Assembly: GCF_008831285.2 (NCBI RefSeq)
Contig: NC_045138.2
Coordinates: 38,378,001-38,442,000 of the forward strand
DNA length: 64,000 nt
Source: Nymphaea colorata
Lineage: Eukaryota
Reading direction: 5' to 3'
A model generated the notes under the pieces. The model had not been told where the DNA came from and made no database searches. It saw only the letters and a list, made by a program, of their open reading frames with translations. Every line of letters starts with the position of its first letter. Position 1 is the stretch's first letter. Both the position numbers and the translations under genes were made by a program. Below are positions 47,903 to 62,600 of the stretch, piece after piece.

Positions 47903-50900
47903 TGTAGCAGCTTCATAACACCTTTTTTAGAAATTTTTTAAAGAAAAAAGTAGTAGTAGTGAAAGCACCACATATATGAAGTTCCAGAATAATGGGATCG
48001 GATATAACATAATAAAAACTGAGAAAATGCAATTGTATCATCTGAATATAACTCCAGAGTCCCAAGCACCTGCAAAGGACATAGAGCAATTCAGTGAATT
48101 CGTTTATAATTTTATCAGATAGCAACACAGAATTATTCACTCTCCATATTGAGGTTCATTTGTTTCCTATTGACTTCCCTTCTTTTTAGGCCAGGCTCAC
48201 TCAGCATCTAATTCAATTACTCACTTTTCAACTTTATGTCACTCCATCTTTTTCTGTGACTTGAATGAATAAAGGCTAAAGCTGTTGTGTGACTGCCACA
48301 TACACAATACTAGATGCAGAAATCAATCAGCCACGTACAAACAACTATGTATGTTATTGGCGTTTACAACTTCAGTTCAAATGCAGAAAACATTACATGG
48401 TTTCTGGTGCACATGCATGTTGATCCAGCTTAATAAATAAATAAATAAATGTCCACCCTTAATAAAACACACCTGAATAACAATAACGAAAAACTGCAAT
48501 GTTAAAGAACTACACCTTGCTGCAGCAAGAGCATGGCCAAATTCATGAATAGCCACAGCCAAAATTGTTGAGAATATCACATATCCAGCATCTACGAGAG
48601 ATGTGCATGAACTAGGAGCCTATACAAGATTATAGTAAGTAACAAACAGTTGGTTGAAATAATATTAAAGGGATTAACCACTAATTACCAAGTGAACACT
48701 TACCAAAATCAGATGACGCAACAAATGGTTATTGGTTAGATCCCACACTGCCATACCCTGGATATACATATACAATGCATTTGCAAATTGCCAAACTAGG
48801 ACCTGCAGTGGCATGAAATACAACAACAGCATGCCATATTATCATATGGCATCTTCAGTCAGAGAAGAAACAATCACCAAATGCACAAGTAATAGCAAAA
48901 ATCCAATAAAATCGAACTTAAGTAAAGCAAGGAATAAAATGAGAGGATTGTTTCACACTTCACTAAATTTATGCAATCATATGAAGAAAAAACTTAAATT
49001 TTTTATAGTCAAGCAGATGCTCACTAGATAACAGAACAGGTACTTAAATATGAAAACAGGAACAACAATAAGAAATAGTGCCTGAGTGATTCTCTTACCA
49101 CAATGCAACAGCATTAGCAAAATTTCTTTTCTTCATTAGCTCTTTCATTTTTTTTTAAAATTTCTTTATCAAACTATTAATGGATAAACATACAGAAGTT
49201 GCATGGAGCCGTCCTTGAAAGCAAATGCAATCTTTACCTCACATGGGCACTAATTCCCCACTGACTGCTAAATTCACAAAAAGTAAACCTTAAAGGCATA
49301 ACCATGTACCTGTTGACAATATAGGTAGACATGAACTTCTGGTCTCATAAAAACATGCATAGACAGAAACTCTCAAATATAAGAACGACTAAACATGAGA
49401 ATCAAGTGTGCTGATTTTGCAAATCTGGCTGCATGCATGCACTTCCAGAAAATGTCGGATTAAGAAGAAAAATTATTGTTTAATGCATAGATGAGATTAT
49501 ACAAGGGTATATTTGTCAACAGAAGTCACCTGGGGGACCTTTACCAGGATGACTTTACCATAGTAAAAAACTACATATAAGGATACAACTTCTCGTCCGC
49601 CCTTTTTTCGTAAAAATGGACAGAAAGTGGACAAATTTTCACTGTTGCCATGCAACCATGTCTGAATTATGTGTATGGGCGGGACATTCTTGAAATGTCC
49701 CACCCATCAGACACCCCCTAAGGCTTAAAGTTCACTTTTCTGAAAATTGTCAGCTAAGAAACTCTGATGTACACATTAGAAAATCAGAACTTATGTTATT
49801 GGACATGGACAGTCCACTTGATTAGATTTACAAAATCATGTTAAAGTAGCCATGAGAACACAATTATTCAGTGACAGTGGTATTGCCAAAGAAGCAATTT
49901 GCAAACAAGTAACTTGAGATTTTAGCCTTTAGCAATTTAGAATGATATTTTCTTGCTTACAGTTCAGCAATTATAAATGATATAAAATATAACAAAATGC
50001 AAAACCACATGGTTGTAGAGCATAAATAATTGAAGAGACAAAAACATTTATAAAAAACACTATCATTCTTGACAACAAGGGCTTTACTGACCATTGTAAC
50101 ACCAATAAATGCCATCAAGCTGAATCCAAGTCCGATACTGAACCAAACCTTCAAAATCCTGCAGTCACAGGGGATATATGACATCTTTCAGCACATACAT
50201 ATCCAGATACATGGTTGCTTGAATGTTGATCGCCTGCATTACAACTCTATATAACTGTCATATTAAAATATATTAAAGAAAATCAAGAATGAAATGATAA
50301 AAGGATGAAAGATGTATCCAGTTTTATTAGAACATAAATATATGTGGAGAATAATAACACCTCAAAACTTGTTTTGACCATGCACCTAACAACGAAAGAC
50401 AGGTTCTCCTGCCAAAAATGTTGTTAAAAGGTCTTGGACATTTCAAAAACAGAATGCCATATAAATCCTTGTTCTCTGCAAATGCACTTCAGTTCCAATG
50501 AGTTTGTTAAGAAGGAAAAAGGACCATGATAATGTAAAAGGAGCACAGGTTGAATACTTAAGAGGTCATTCATAAACACAAATAACCTAAGTCACTTGTT
50601 GGTCTCCATGATCCTAACAATCTGACATGGAGAAGAGGCGGCAGATGGATGGCTGGTAAAGTTTGACGCCAGGTCCCAAAAGATCTAAGTGATAATCATT
50701 CAAGCAATGAATTTTCATTACAAAAACTTCAATACAGGAAACTATCAACTTAAAAGAAGCTCTCTCGAAAGGAGATAGAAAGAATAATATTTTTATCCCT
50801 ACTATACTTTGACAAGATGTAATCATAGAAAAGGAATGAGAACTATTTTATGTATGAGGGCTAAAGAGAAAAAGTCTAATAACTGATTTGTTATCATAAA

Positions 50901-52268
50901 AAGATAGTTCCTCAAAGATGCCTGTTGATCTAAGGATATCCCAAAATATTCCCTAAATTCAGAATATTCTGTCAGCTATATGCTTTAGAAAGATATCAGA
51001 ATTTTATAAGCCTGTTTTATACCTTGGAAAATGCTATTATTATTTTTGGCTTATATATCCATTTCAAAGACGTTTCGGAAATAAACAGCATAAACATAAA
51101 TACAAAGAAAGAACAATATAAGTTTAAATCAACTTAAAGTAGCTGAACTTGTGTCCAGAATGAATTCCACATAAGCATATCAGTATAACACAAAGATAGG
51201 AAGCATGTGGTTGGCAGTTGCAATTACCATATAAATTTCTTGCAGTACAGTAAGGCGATTTGAATAGAATAATGAGGTTGGATAAAGAAACAAGCATTTT
51301 CAGGAACGTCTTTGTTTGTAAAGAAAGTATCATCATGCAAGAGAAAAGCAAGCAAACGTGGAAGAGCAAAAAATTTATCATGTTGAAGTGCATTATAATC
51401 TTCATAGGTATCTGCACTACAACTAGAAAAGGTAACCTAATCCAAATGCTCATGTAACAAGTCCTTCACGCTTTCAACGTTAACGAACAAAATCTCCTCC
51501 ATAAAAAACTACTTATCATACCTTCAAACAGCTTTTTCATGCACAAAAAATATTGTTAAATTGCCTACATCCCATTCCAGGTTCGAGGAACCAGCTTCAT
51601 GTGGAACAGTTATAGTCGGCCTGACCAAGTCCCCGCCACGGTATTCCATTAATGATCAAAGAACACAAGAAATTACCTTGAGTATTTTAATCCCAGTGAA
51701 AGGAGCATCTCGTTGAAGACGAACGTCTTGTACTCACAATACCTAAAAACGAAAAGAAAAAGCAGGGGGCATAAAAAATTCAGCTACTCTTTGATACAAA
51801 AAGACACAAATTTGTGTAAGCCACACAGGACAGAAGAGAAAGATACATCCTTGACAGATAAAAAATTTAACGACCGCAAAAACATATGTAGAAATTACGC
51901 AAGAACCAAAAGATAAAAAATACAATATATGCTACAAAAGATTGTTAATGGATGTCTCACACACACAACACGGAGAGAGAGAGAGAGAGAACAAGTTGGA
52001 TTGATCAGCCTGAAGTAAAAAACTAAAAAAACAAAATGAACTCGAAACAAGAAAGACCAAGGAACCCAAATGTTGCCACAGAAGCAAAGTTAGTTTGACT
52101 ATTCAATATTCATGAACAAGCTGTTCCAGTTACAACAAGAAGCATAACAGGTAGAGTTGAAGGAGAGGGGAAGAATCACCAGCAAGAAAGCGAAAGAGTT
52201 TGTGTCCTCCTCTGAAGGGGAATAAGTGCAGATTGCCCTCTTCTTCCCCATCTTCGTCTTGGACCCAT
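44358..52268 (-). CDS. S2P: Membrane-bound transcription factor site-2 protease homolog (peptidase M50), 10 exons, ~529 aa
   Basis: Exons: 52268-52180, 51742-51677, 50158-50092, 48802-48704, 48619-48516, 47386-47239, 46691-46611, 46509-46045, 45644-45357, 44540-44358 (1590 nt). Motifs: SCWYCEYK, LKVWFSIGLGF, zinc motif HEFGHALAAASEG, PGALV, LRIYCAGVWHN, PDZ-like SPL..GDVIVSMDG with Cys-rich insert, and LNVLPVVRLDG (third zinc ligand). An in-frame upstream ATG at 52325 is an alternative start. Confidence 0.93.
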
Positions 52269-52929
52269 CTCTCTCTCTCTCTCTCTCTCTAACCATGCTG
52301 ATGGAAGGAGGGAGGCTCCTCCCATTCAGCTCGAAAGTTCCAGGCGACGGACGACCGTGTCCCGTTTGGGGGAACGGGTCGGACATTTTGACCCAATTGA
52401 ATTTGGAACTTGAAAGGGTGATAACTGGATATTGCTTGATCGCATCGCCTTCAAATTCAAATTCTGATACAAATGGGAGATAGCGAATTTTGACAAAAAA
52501 AAGAAAGAAATATGAAATGTTCTATCCATTTTGCTTTTTTCTCATTGTATTAGCGACAACTCTGTTGCATTATTAATAATAATAATAATAATTAATTCTT
52601 ATGTCTGATTTACAGGGAGATATAAAAATGAAACTAATCCTAAGGAGTAGTAAGTGCAACTAGGAAAGGCTCTGGCTTGAATGGCAACCTCAACTATTAA
52701 CCACGTTTGGGCTATTAAGTATAAGAATGGCAACAATAACAGCATACAACACTCACTATATCTACACCAAATATTAAGGCAGATTCATATGACAATGTAG
52801 CATGGCATTTCCTATAAAACTCAACAAAATGTGAAAAATTAACAGAACAGGACAATTAAGATACAGGGGAACGAGGCGAATGGAAGGAGAGAGAGGGAGA
52901 GGGAGACTTTTCCTTCAAGAATCGTTCTC

Positions 52930-55127
52930 GGATGTCAACGGATCATATTTGGATCGGATATCTGATCTGAATTGCTTGTAAAAATCGGATATGGTTAGCA
53001 ATTTGACATCCGATTGAGAAATCGGATCGGATTCGGATTTAAGAAGTAACATCCGATCGGATACGGATTAGGATTCGATTTTAAGTAAATATCTGATTAA
53101 ATATTTTACCATCTTATTTGATCGGATACAAATTTGGATTCGGTTTTAAGTAAATATTTAATCGGATACTTAACTATTTTAACAAGTATATCTGAATCCA
53201 AACCGTGAGTTGATATCTGAATCCGAACCTGAGAGTTGAGTTGGTGTCCCAATGTTTTGAAGTTTCGACCTATGAATGGTTAGGCAAAACGTTAATCCAA
53301 ACACACCAACTTAAAGTTATGATATAAAAAAAATATAAATTGTATATCAATGTATAATCTGATTAAGAGCTGGTGGTTTTTATGAAGTTACATATAATAA
53401 TAGTCATATAATTACTATGTACACCATTTAACTTAAAATATTAAAACTATATCATATACAACTACTTATTAATAATTAATATTATATTTAATTATACATT
53501 TTTATGTAAACAAGCAAACTATTATAGTTAAGCCATCAACAAAATAAGACATCTTAAATAATGTATTTATTTAATTAAAAATAATAATGAACAACTTCTA
53601 CCAAATTTTTTTAATAAAATTAGTATTTTTAAAAATATTAAAATTAATAGCAAGTAGATACATTTAATATGTAAAACTCTTGAACTGATAAAAAAAGTTT
53701 TAATTTATCAAATTGAAAATTATGTTATTTAATCAATCAAGTAAATCATTTTGTATAATCATATAATATAATATGTCCAAAAGTCTTAGGTACGTGATAT
53801 ATAACACATAATTAACAAATTTGAAAACAAAAGCCTTTAACTATTAGAAAAACAATAAATTGTTTAATTTAATAAACTATCTCACATATCATTGGAGTAA
53901 TTATACAATTTTACATGTGTAACACATTATTTCAATTAACTCAATAAAATGAGAAAAAATTATTAAATAACATTTTTTAATGACAAATATGGGTCATATG
54001 ATTTAATAATTCACAATAAGTGATCATCATGAAATAATAGTTTACTTAAATAAAATATGTTATTAGTTAAAAATAAATCAATTAATGTTTAATATTCACA
54101 ATTTTTATAACGAAAGTATGAAAGGTGTATTTTAAACATAAACCAATTACTGTTTAATATTCACAAATATGATAGCAAGAAAATATAATTTTTAAAAAAC
54201 TAACTTAAAAAAAATGTTTTATAACAAATAGAAAATCTTAAACACATTATGATATTCATTTTAGTTGAAATCTTCTTCACTATATATAATCTCAAATAAA
54301 TATATTTAATATTAAAAAAAATGCTGAACTCATAAAAAAGTTTTATTTATCAAATAAATTCTTATTCAAAAGTCTTAGGTATTTGATATATAACACATAA
54401 TTCACAAATTTAAAAACAAAAACCTTTAATTAGTAGTAGAACAATAAATTGTTTGATTTAATAAATTATCTTATATATGATTGAACACTCTTTTTTACGC
54501 ATGTAACAGGAAATATATTTGTAATTAATTTTCATATTTTTAAAAATACTCATTTTATTGAAATTTCTTGATACAAGTTTTTATTATTATTTTTAATTAA
54601 ATAAGTACATTATTTAAGATATCCTATTTAGTTGATGTTTTAACTATAATAGTTTGCTTGTTTACCCAAAAAACGTTTAATTAAATACAACATGAATTAT
54701 TAATTAATTAATTTTATATGATATAGTTTTAAATACTTTAAGTTGAATTGTGTATACGATAACTATTTGATTATTATTATATACAATTAAATTATATATC
54801 CTCGTATGCAATTTATATTTTTTTTATATCATAAGTTGATGCATTTGAGTAGACCTTTTACCAAATCATTCATAATTCAGATATTATAACTTAAAACTCA
54901 AATTAAATGTAACTTAAAATTCGAATCGAATTCAAATATAACTTAAAATTCGAATTCAGATGTAGATTTTACAGTCAAATTCGAATATGGTATAAATTTC
55001 TTCTCAACTGAATTCGAATCCTAATCCTTCTCATCCGAATTAGAATCCTAATCCGAATATATAAATATCCAAAAAATTGAATATAATAAAAAAATATATC
55101 CAATCCAAATCTGATCCGTTGACATCC
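52930..55127. mobile_element. ~2.2-kb non-autonomous DNA transposon (hAT-like ends) with foldback internal structure
   Basis: TIR GGATGTCAACGGATCA at 52930 and TGATCCGTTGACATCC ending at 55127, with imperfect pairing extending further in. Many TCGGAT/ATCCGA/TTCGAA subterminal motifs. Very AT-rich non-coding interior with long inverted arms. No clean TSD found. Confidence 0.8.
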
Positions 55128-55523
55128 TTGTGACCAAAATAGCACCAAGATACGGAGAACATGGGAGGATTAAGCCTTCAATTGTAGTGAAATTTCCCAC
55201 TCTTCATCCCAAGAAAGAAATTTCTCAATTGAATTTCAAATATTATAAAACCTTGCTGAAGAAATGAAATATTTTTCTTCGAAAACTAACGTTAGAAGTG
55301 CGTATAAGAACAGAAACTTTCCGACATGATAAAACGGACAAGGATGCAACATCTCGGAGCAGTAAAACATTGTTTTATATTGAATAAAAGTAGAACATAC
55401 TGCCAAACCACTCCTGCGGAAAGCTCAGGGTCATTGGAACAAGGAAACATAAAACATTTCTGCAACATCTACAACCTAAGACGGGCTCTCCCGAACGCCC
55501 TAGTCATCCTCCTCTTTAACCCT

Positions 55524-56547
55524 TCATTCCTCTTCGTCAGCATCAGAGGATTTATCTTCACCCACTCCTTTAGTGGCGACAGCCTTTGCGACGGCCTCCC
55601 CAGGAGGTGGATGATCGAACCTGCACGTTACACCAAATTTGCAGGTTCCAGTTTTCATGTAGAAAGCGCATGCAGTTTCACCCTGCAATTCCAGACATAA
55701 ATGTTACTGCATGGGTCTGTTGTGTCTCTACAAAGTATAAACTTTAAACATCTTCAATGGGGAAACCTACCTCTCTTCTTGGAAGCCCTGCAAGCGTCAG
55801 CTTCACGGATGACTGAGCAGATTTAACTGCTGGAACAGATGTTGCGGTCCTATCGATAGGGTGATGGTATTTACACCTCTCCCCAAACTTGCACTCCCCG
55901 GTTTTCATGTAATACTGCATTCATCGAGAAAGAAGCAAAATAAGAGATAACGAGTACACTGACTTATATATCTATAACGAACCAATACAAAAGGAATAGA
56001 GAATCCAAGAGACATAATGACAATCTGAAAACTTGTCCCATAAGGGCGTAAGCTACCAGTGACTACCACAATTAAATTAATCAGATGACTATGGTGATTT
56101 CCACAACATATTTATAGCCACCATACTCTATAGAGCACGTTATACAGGCAGGTTCTGAGCTCAAGTCTTGACATAAATGCCTAATAAACAAGAGAGACCA
56201 AAGAACTCGGCAACTGCTCACAAACTCAACAAGAAACTAACTTCTGAGCAACATCCATGAACTTAGGAAAAGCCAACAAAACATTGCAACACTTACATCA
56301 CATTCTAACTGTCCAGGCCTCTGCGGATAAATAGGAGTCACCTGCAGAGAAGACAGACGTTAATAGAACAACTTTATTTCACTAACCAGTCAAGAACTTG
56401 TACATGGTAAAACTCATCTATATTAGGAATTGCGTAACATTTTGATAAGTTTGAGGACCATTAGCGCAAAATAACCGATCAATGATTCAATGGGAATTAT
56501 TTTGGACATTATGGCTTTTTAGTCCACTGGACATCTTCGACTGGATC

Positions 56548-56601
<54 letters not shown>

Positions 56602-59600
56602 TCAAAATAAAAAACATACAACTGGAAGGCACTGCCTGTTCCTAAGGTTTGTAAGAGGATCTGAAGTTTTCATCCCCCCACAACAATAAGCAATTGGACC
56701 AAGCACAAATTAACTAGATTGAAAAGAAACGAGTTTCCACTACCGCTGATTGAGCCAACCAGGGATTAATGGTTGCTTGAGGCAAAGCAGCAGCAACTGG
56801 ATTCAAAATTCCCAATGCTGGAGAGCTGATAACTGCTTGGGTGAGAGTGGCTGCTGGAGGATTGATGGCTGCATAATATTCCAAAAAAGGAATGACTAGG
56901 TATAGAGCAAATATAGAAAGTAGCTTCTTAAGATGGTCCAGTCAAGTAGATATTAACCATTTCTATCAGGATGATTAAAACGACATGTTGCACCATATTT
57001 GCAACTGCATATGAACAGAAAAAAAATGCACTTATCAGTACAACATTTCACAATCAAATAAATACTGCTCCCATGCATCCACAATTTAGAAACAAAAAAA
57101 GGAGAATCAACCTCCCAGTCTTGAGGTAGAATGAGCAATCTACTTCACCCTGCAAATAGAACAAACCATACAAAGCAGGTCAAAGTACATAAACATTAAA
57201 AGAGAGAAAACAAACAACAAAACAGCAGCACAACTCATCAAGCATTATAAAGTAACCATGGAAGGTTTGCCGTACTACACTGAGTGTCTTAACCACCGAC
57301 TTTAAATCTAGATATGCAATCCCGGTAAATTTAGTTCCATCATTTTACCCCTACGCGTGAAGTAATCCAACAATCTGTTTTTTGAGGTCACTTCCACTAA
57401 AAAGATGACAAACCAAGAAATTAAAGAGAACGTCGTAAAACACTGAACATTCAGCAAATGGCCTATAGGGAACAGAATAGACTATACAAATGGTAAGTAT
57501 GTCGACAAGTAAAGAAACCAAGTTACTTGCAGAATAATAAGAAATAGTTGAAATAGAAAGATTACCACAGCCAACAGTCATAAAGCATTTTAAAGCAAAA
57601 CTAATCTCTCATTTGCTAACCAAATCTTTTTTTTTTTCAGGATCACTAAATCCATTGATGAATCATGAACATTCAGATTCCATTTGTGGAGGTATGGTCC
57701 CGTATGGAACTAAAAAAAATAGACAACTGGGCCAATACACCACTAGTCATAAAGGATTTAAAACCATCAGTTTTTTTTTCTTCTTTTAAAGAGCGACATT
57801 TGTTGTCATGTTTGAACGCATGCATGTACATCTTTAAGTATTAATGGATGAGTCCAATTGTCCTGTAACTTTTCTGAAACCCAGGTGATCGGTATCACAA
57901 CCTGTTCATGCATCCTATCCATGTGCCACAAATTTGATGGCAGTATGTGGATTTAATCAGGTTCCAAACAGAGGCAAAATTTTGTCAACTTTCACAAACT
58001 AAGTCCCAGAGAAAGTGATTAGGAGAGTCTCCTCTGGCCATAAATAAAAAAATTTTACCGGTCGTACTGGCAGACCCTTTGAATTGTGCAGAACAGCAGG
58101 AGCGACAGGGATAAACAGCTTATCTGCCTTCTCGGTTGAATCAACTGTTAGTGGAGCAGCTGCATCAGTCTTTTCCAGATTACCATCAACAGCAGGTACA
58201 ACATGATCTTTTGGATGATGAAACTTGCATGTAGCCCCAAATTTACAGTTTCCGGTCTTCATATAGTACTAAAATGCACAAAGTGGCATTCATAGTAAAA
58301 AAAAACATCAAAGGCACAGTACACAGCAAAAGAGCAAAGGAAAAAGATGTATCCTTTACCGCACAAGCTGGCTCAGATGGCCTTTCTGGCAATAATGACG
58401 TGTCATCTGCCTCAACCTGTATAAGCCATATAGCAAACAGAGTCAAACAAATTTAAAATTAACCATCAACAAAACGGAGCACTTTCGAGATAGGTAAACT
58501 TACATTTGACATCGGGTTTTCCAATTTATCTTTTGGATGATTGAACTTGCATCTCAGTCCATACTTGCATTTTTGTGTCTTCAAAAAGTACTGGAGTTTA
58601 TAGAAACAATATTAGAAAACTGATGGAAAAAAAAATCTTGAAGAAAAGGGCACTAGGCAAACATGTTCCAACCTCCCTGACCCAAAGTGAATCTTCATTT
58701 TATGTGCACAAGTTGTAAAAACAAGAACTTGTGATTGTCTAATTAACCTTTATGAAGTACTTATTTGGACACATTGCAAACTAAGAATTTTTTATTGCAA
58801 TATTTTCCTTAACACAAAACAACAGGAGTGTTTTCCAGCAATGTGAACATCTAAGGCTAGAAATAAAAGATAAAGAGGAAAGCAAGGAAACACAGCCATG
58901 GAAACCTGCTTATCATCACAATTTTAAAAAGTCAAAGGTAATCCATAAAGGCCACCGAGAGGAACTAAAGAGGCCTAGACTTAACTAACTTGGAAAAGTT
59001 AAAATAGACCACATAAACTTACAAACTTAGCAATATTTGAAAAGTCAAAATAATTAACAGAAACTTGGAGAATCACAAAATCTGAAGCCTCAAGGTACTA
59101 AACCATGAGAAAGAAATAGAAGCCTCAATGCCTCCCACCCAGTTCTCAGCATTTACATGGGGGCAGCCTTTAATTAAAAAAAAGCCATGATTGTTAAAAA
59201 CAGAAAATTTGCTGAAAGAAAAAAAAAACAATTTAAGCGTATATTTTAAGAACTAAGTGTGCTCTTAACACTCTACCTGATAAATTAGATTACCTCACAC
59301 TATTACCTATTTGTCTTGGACTTAGCTAGCTATGGCGCCATTAATAATGTCAAAAAGTTGTTCGGTTGTTTCACTTTATCCATATACTGTAGTGGCATTT
59401 GTGTATCCCAAAGATGACTTTTTTTCCTTATGTGTTAATTTGCTACCTTAAGATCCCAAAGAAAGACCTCAGATTCTAATATACACTTTTATTTCAATAT
59501 TTCTAAATTTTTAAATGATATGCTCTTGAAAATTAAATATGTAATAGAAACAAATAGTTCAGTGCATAAAACCATCCAACATGCATTCAAATCTTTCATG

Positions 59601-62600
59601 AGATAGGTTCTACTGGTTCTAAACATCAAAGATTATTATTCAATCAACAGATGAAAAAAGACCCAATTGGTGATAAGAAAGCAACAACTTCTTTATGGAT
59701 TTTATCCACACTATCTAGTTTAATATATTGAAGATCATCTTACTATATTCAATCGAAAATGAAAAACTGAGAAAGACAAAATTGGCCATAAGAAAGACCC
59801 AACTTCTTTACCAATTTTGTTCAAAAAATCTAGTTTAATATATTGAAATGCCTTTCAAACTATGCTACATGGGTGGACAGCAATTTCAGAAAGTTTGGGT
59901 GTAGGAATGCAGCATATATATTCAATCTTGATACTCATAAAATATAAAATAGTAAACAAAATAATACCCAAATACACAAAAAAAGTGCCAACTATCAATT
60001 TGCTATGTCCAAGCCCTGCCTATGCTCGTGCCTGTGTCCAGGCATGTCGACATGAAGGTGGTGCATGTCGACATGAAGGTGGTGCATGTCGACATGAGCG
60101 TGGTGCCATTTCAGGCAAAGCCCATGTTACATAGCTTTAAAGAAAAATCAATCGATGTCCCAAAGGAAAGTAAAATCATTTCAAAAATTACCCCTTTTTT
60201 TAAGAAAAACATTCCAAGTGTGATCAATATTATCCAGCTGCAGTGAAAGCTTCAGTCAAAAAATAGAAAAATGAACAAATGGAAGATTCATATATTACAG
60301 GACAATCAGGTTCTCCAGGCCTGTCTGGCAGTGACTCGCTAGGAATAAATGGGATCTGCAAACAAATAAGATTATCAGTTAATAGAGTTGACATCTCAAT
60401 CTTTTAAAATGCCTGTAATGACATGGAAGATTCAAAACAACTCCATAGCAAGAACAACAGCTTTTTGCGAAGTAGATAATGCATACAAGAGAACAGGTGA
60501 AGCTGAAGCAATGTGAAGCTACATATGAGAAACTGAAAAAAAAAAAAGTAGCAAATAGTGAAACACAAAAGCTCAAGATTATGGATATGACACCTCAAGA
60601 AGAGACTACAACAACATTACCACTTCATTCTTTCTGTGAATCAAGCTACAAATGTCATTATCACTTGAATCATTGGCATAATCAACAACGTAAACCAAAT
60701 TCTTTTCTTCATTGAATCTTCAACATATGATTTGTGAGAACAGGTTTAGCTAGCCTGTGTGTCCATCTGGAAATTGTAGGTCCAAGATGTTGCATTATAT
60801 TTACATACTGCTTCTAACAGATATCCAGAATATTCTCATAGAATACCCTAGCAAATACGTTATGTACATATGCATCTATAGGTATAGAGACATGCACCAG
60901 CAATCTGCTTCCAGAAAAGACCAACCAATGGTAACAATAACACCCAATCTTCTTAAGAAGAGTTTTCTATCCTACAAAGTTTTGGACACCCATGATTCAT
61001 CAATTAATACATGTTCACCACCACTTACGCAGAAACAGGATTTTAAGTGTGCCAAGTTAACCTTTTGGCATGTACTGCTCTAGCACAAAACTAACATGGT
61101 ATATATGCTGCCTAATGCCAACTGGTTGTTGCAGTTTTCTGGCGGCATTTACTGCTCTATAGCAATTGATTGAATCCCAACTCTGGTATCTATAGAAAAT
61201 AATTTGATCCCAATCTTGGCATATTTATCACTATACAGAAATCAAAGCAAAGCACGACTAATGTTGATCTTGCAAAATCAATATTTTGAAGCATGGAACT
61301 CCAACTTTTTCCGAATCTCTGACAAATTGCCTTACTGCAACAACAGACATGCTTCCTACTCTCAAAAACATGCCCACTAACATAAGTGATCTTCTGAAAA
61401 TATCATGACAATATTGCCAATTTAGAGCTTTCCTTTTCAAACAATTATCATAATATATACATAGAAATACTACCACAGCAGTTAATCTCATGCCAATTTC
61501 TTTGGAAATTCCTTTCGTACACATTCAAACATAAATTTCTCTTTCATATTATCTGCTTTATTATAATTAAAAAATTAATTTAACTATTTTGAAATTTCAT
61601 CAACATTTTGCAAGAAAATCAGTAAAAAAAACTCGTAAGTCCTCAGATCCCTGACTAATACCCAAGAGAAACTGTGCTAATAGAATCTGGGGACAATATC
61701 TTTGTAACTATGTTTTGAAGTAAGCAAAATCAGAAACGTAGTAAATTAGTAATACAATAGCTCAAAGAGTGTAATGAGATATGAAATGATTTCTGAGTTG
61801 TTACACACAATGAAATACATAGGCAATCAACAGTGTTGAGAAATAAAGGAGATTCGGAGAATGATAATAACATAATGCATATAAATTTGTTATTAAAAAA
61901 AGTAATGCATTGATCTCTTTTATCATTTAAATATTCTCCCACCTGAGAAAGTATGTTTCATAACATATAAGCAAATCCAAATGTACCATGAAACCTTGAC
62001 ACCTTTTTAGCTAAAAAAATACGTAAACTCCAACTAGAAAATGAATATATACAGCATTAAGAAGTTATATGGCACACTAAACTAGATATAATACTAGGAA
62101 GCAAATAGTAGTATCTAATTTTCAAAACTGCATTACAATGTATATAACAAACAAATAAAATAAAGTTCACCTCTTTCCAGTCTGGGATCCCACCCTCAGG
62201 AACCCAAAGAGGATGATCGAACTTGCATTTATCTCCAAACTTACAGGTCCTGGTCAACATATAATGTGCACAATCCTTCTCTCCTGGACGCTGGGGATAA
62301 ATAGGAAGACTGCTTGCACTTTCAAATCTAGGGCGCTTGGTCAAAGGATTTGTTGAAAACATTGCTTCACTTTGTGCAATACTGTTATGAGTGCCCAATA
62401 AAGTCTGGTGGTACAAAGCTATGTGTAGATAATAGAGAGAAAATAGCATAAGAAAGGATCAATATACATGTTTGATATAATATGAATATATAAATCTGTT
62501 TACTTAAATGTGAATGTCTTAAACGCCTATATTCAGACTTAATAAGTAAATTTGAATGTCTTAAATGTCTATATTCAGATAATATACTTTCAAGTAAGGA

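Noticed and set aside
58349..58357. GTATCCTTT U12-type 5' splice consensus
   Set aside because: It is on the + strand, antisense to HUA1, whose own donor here is a normal U2 GTAAAG.
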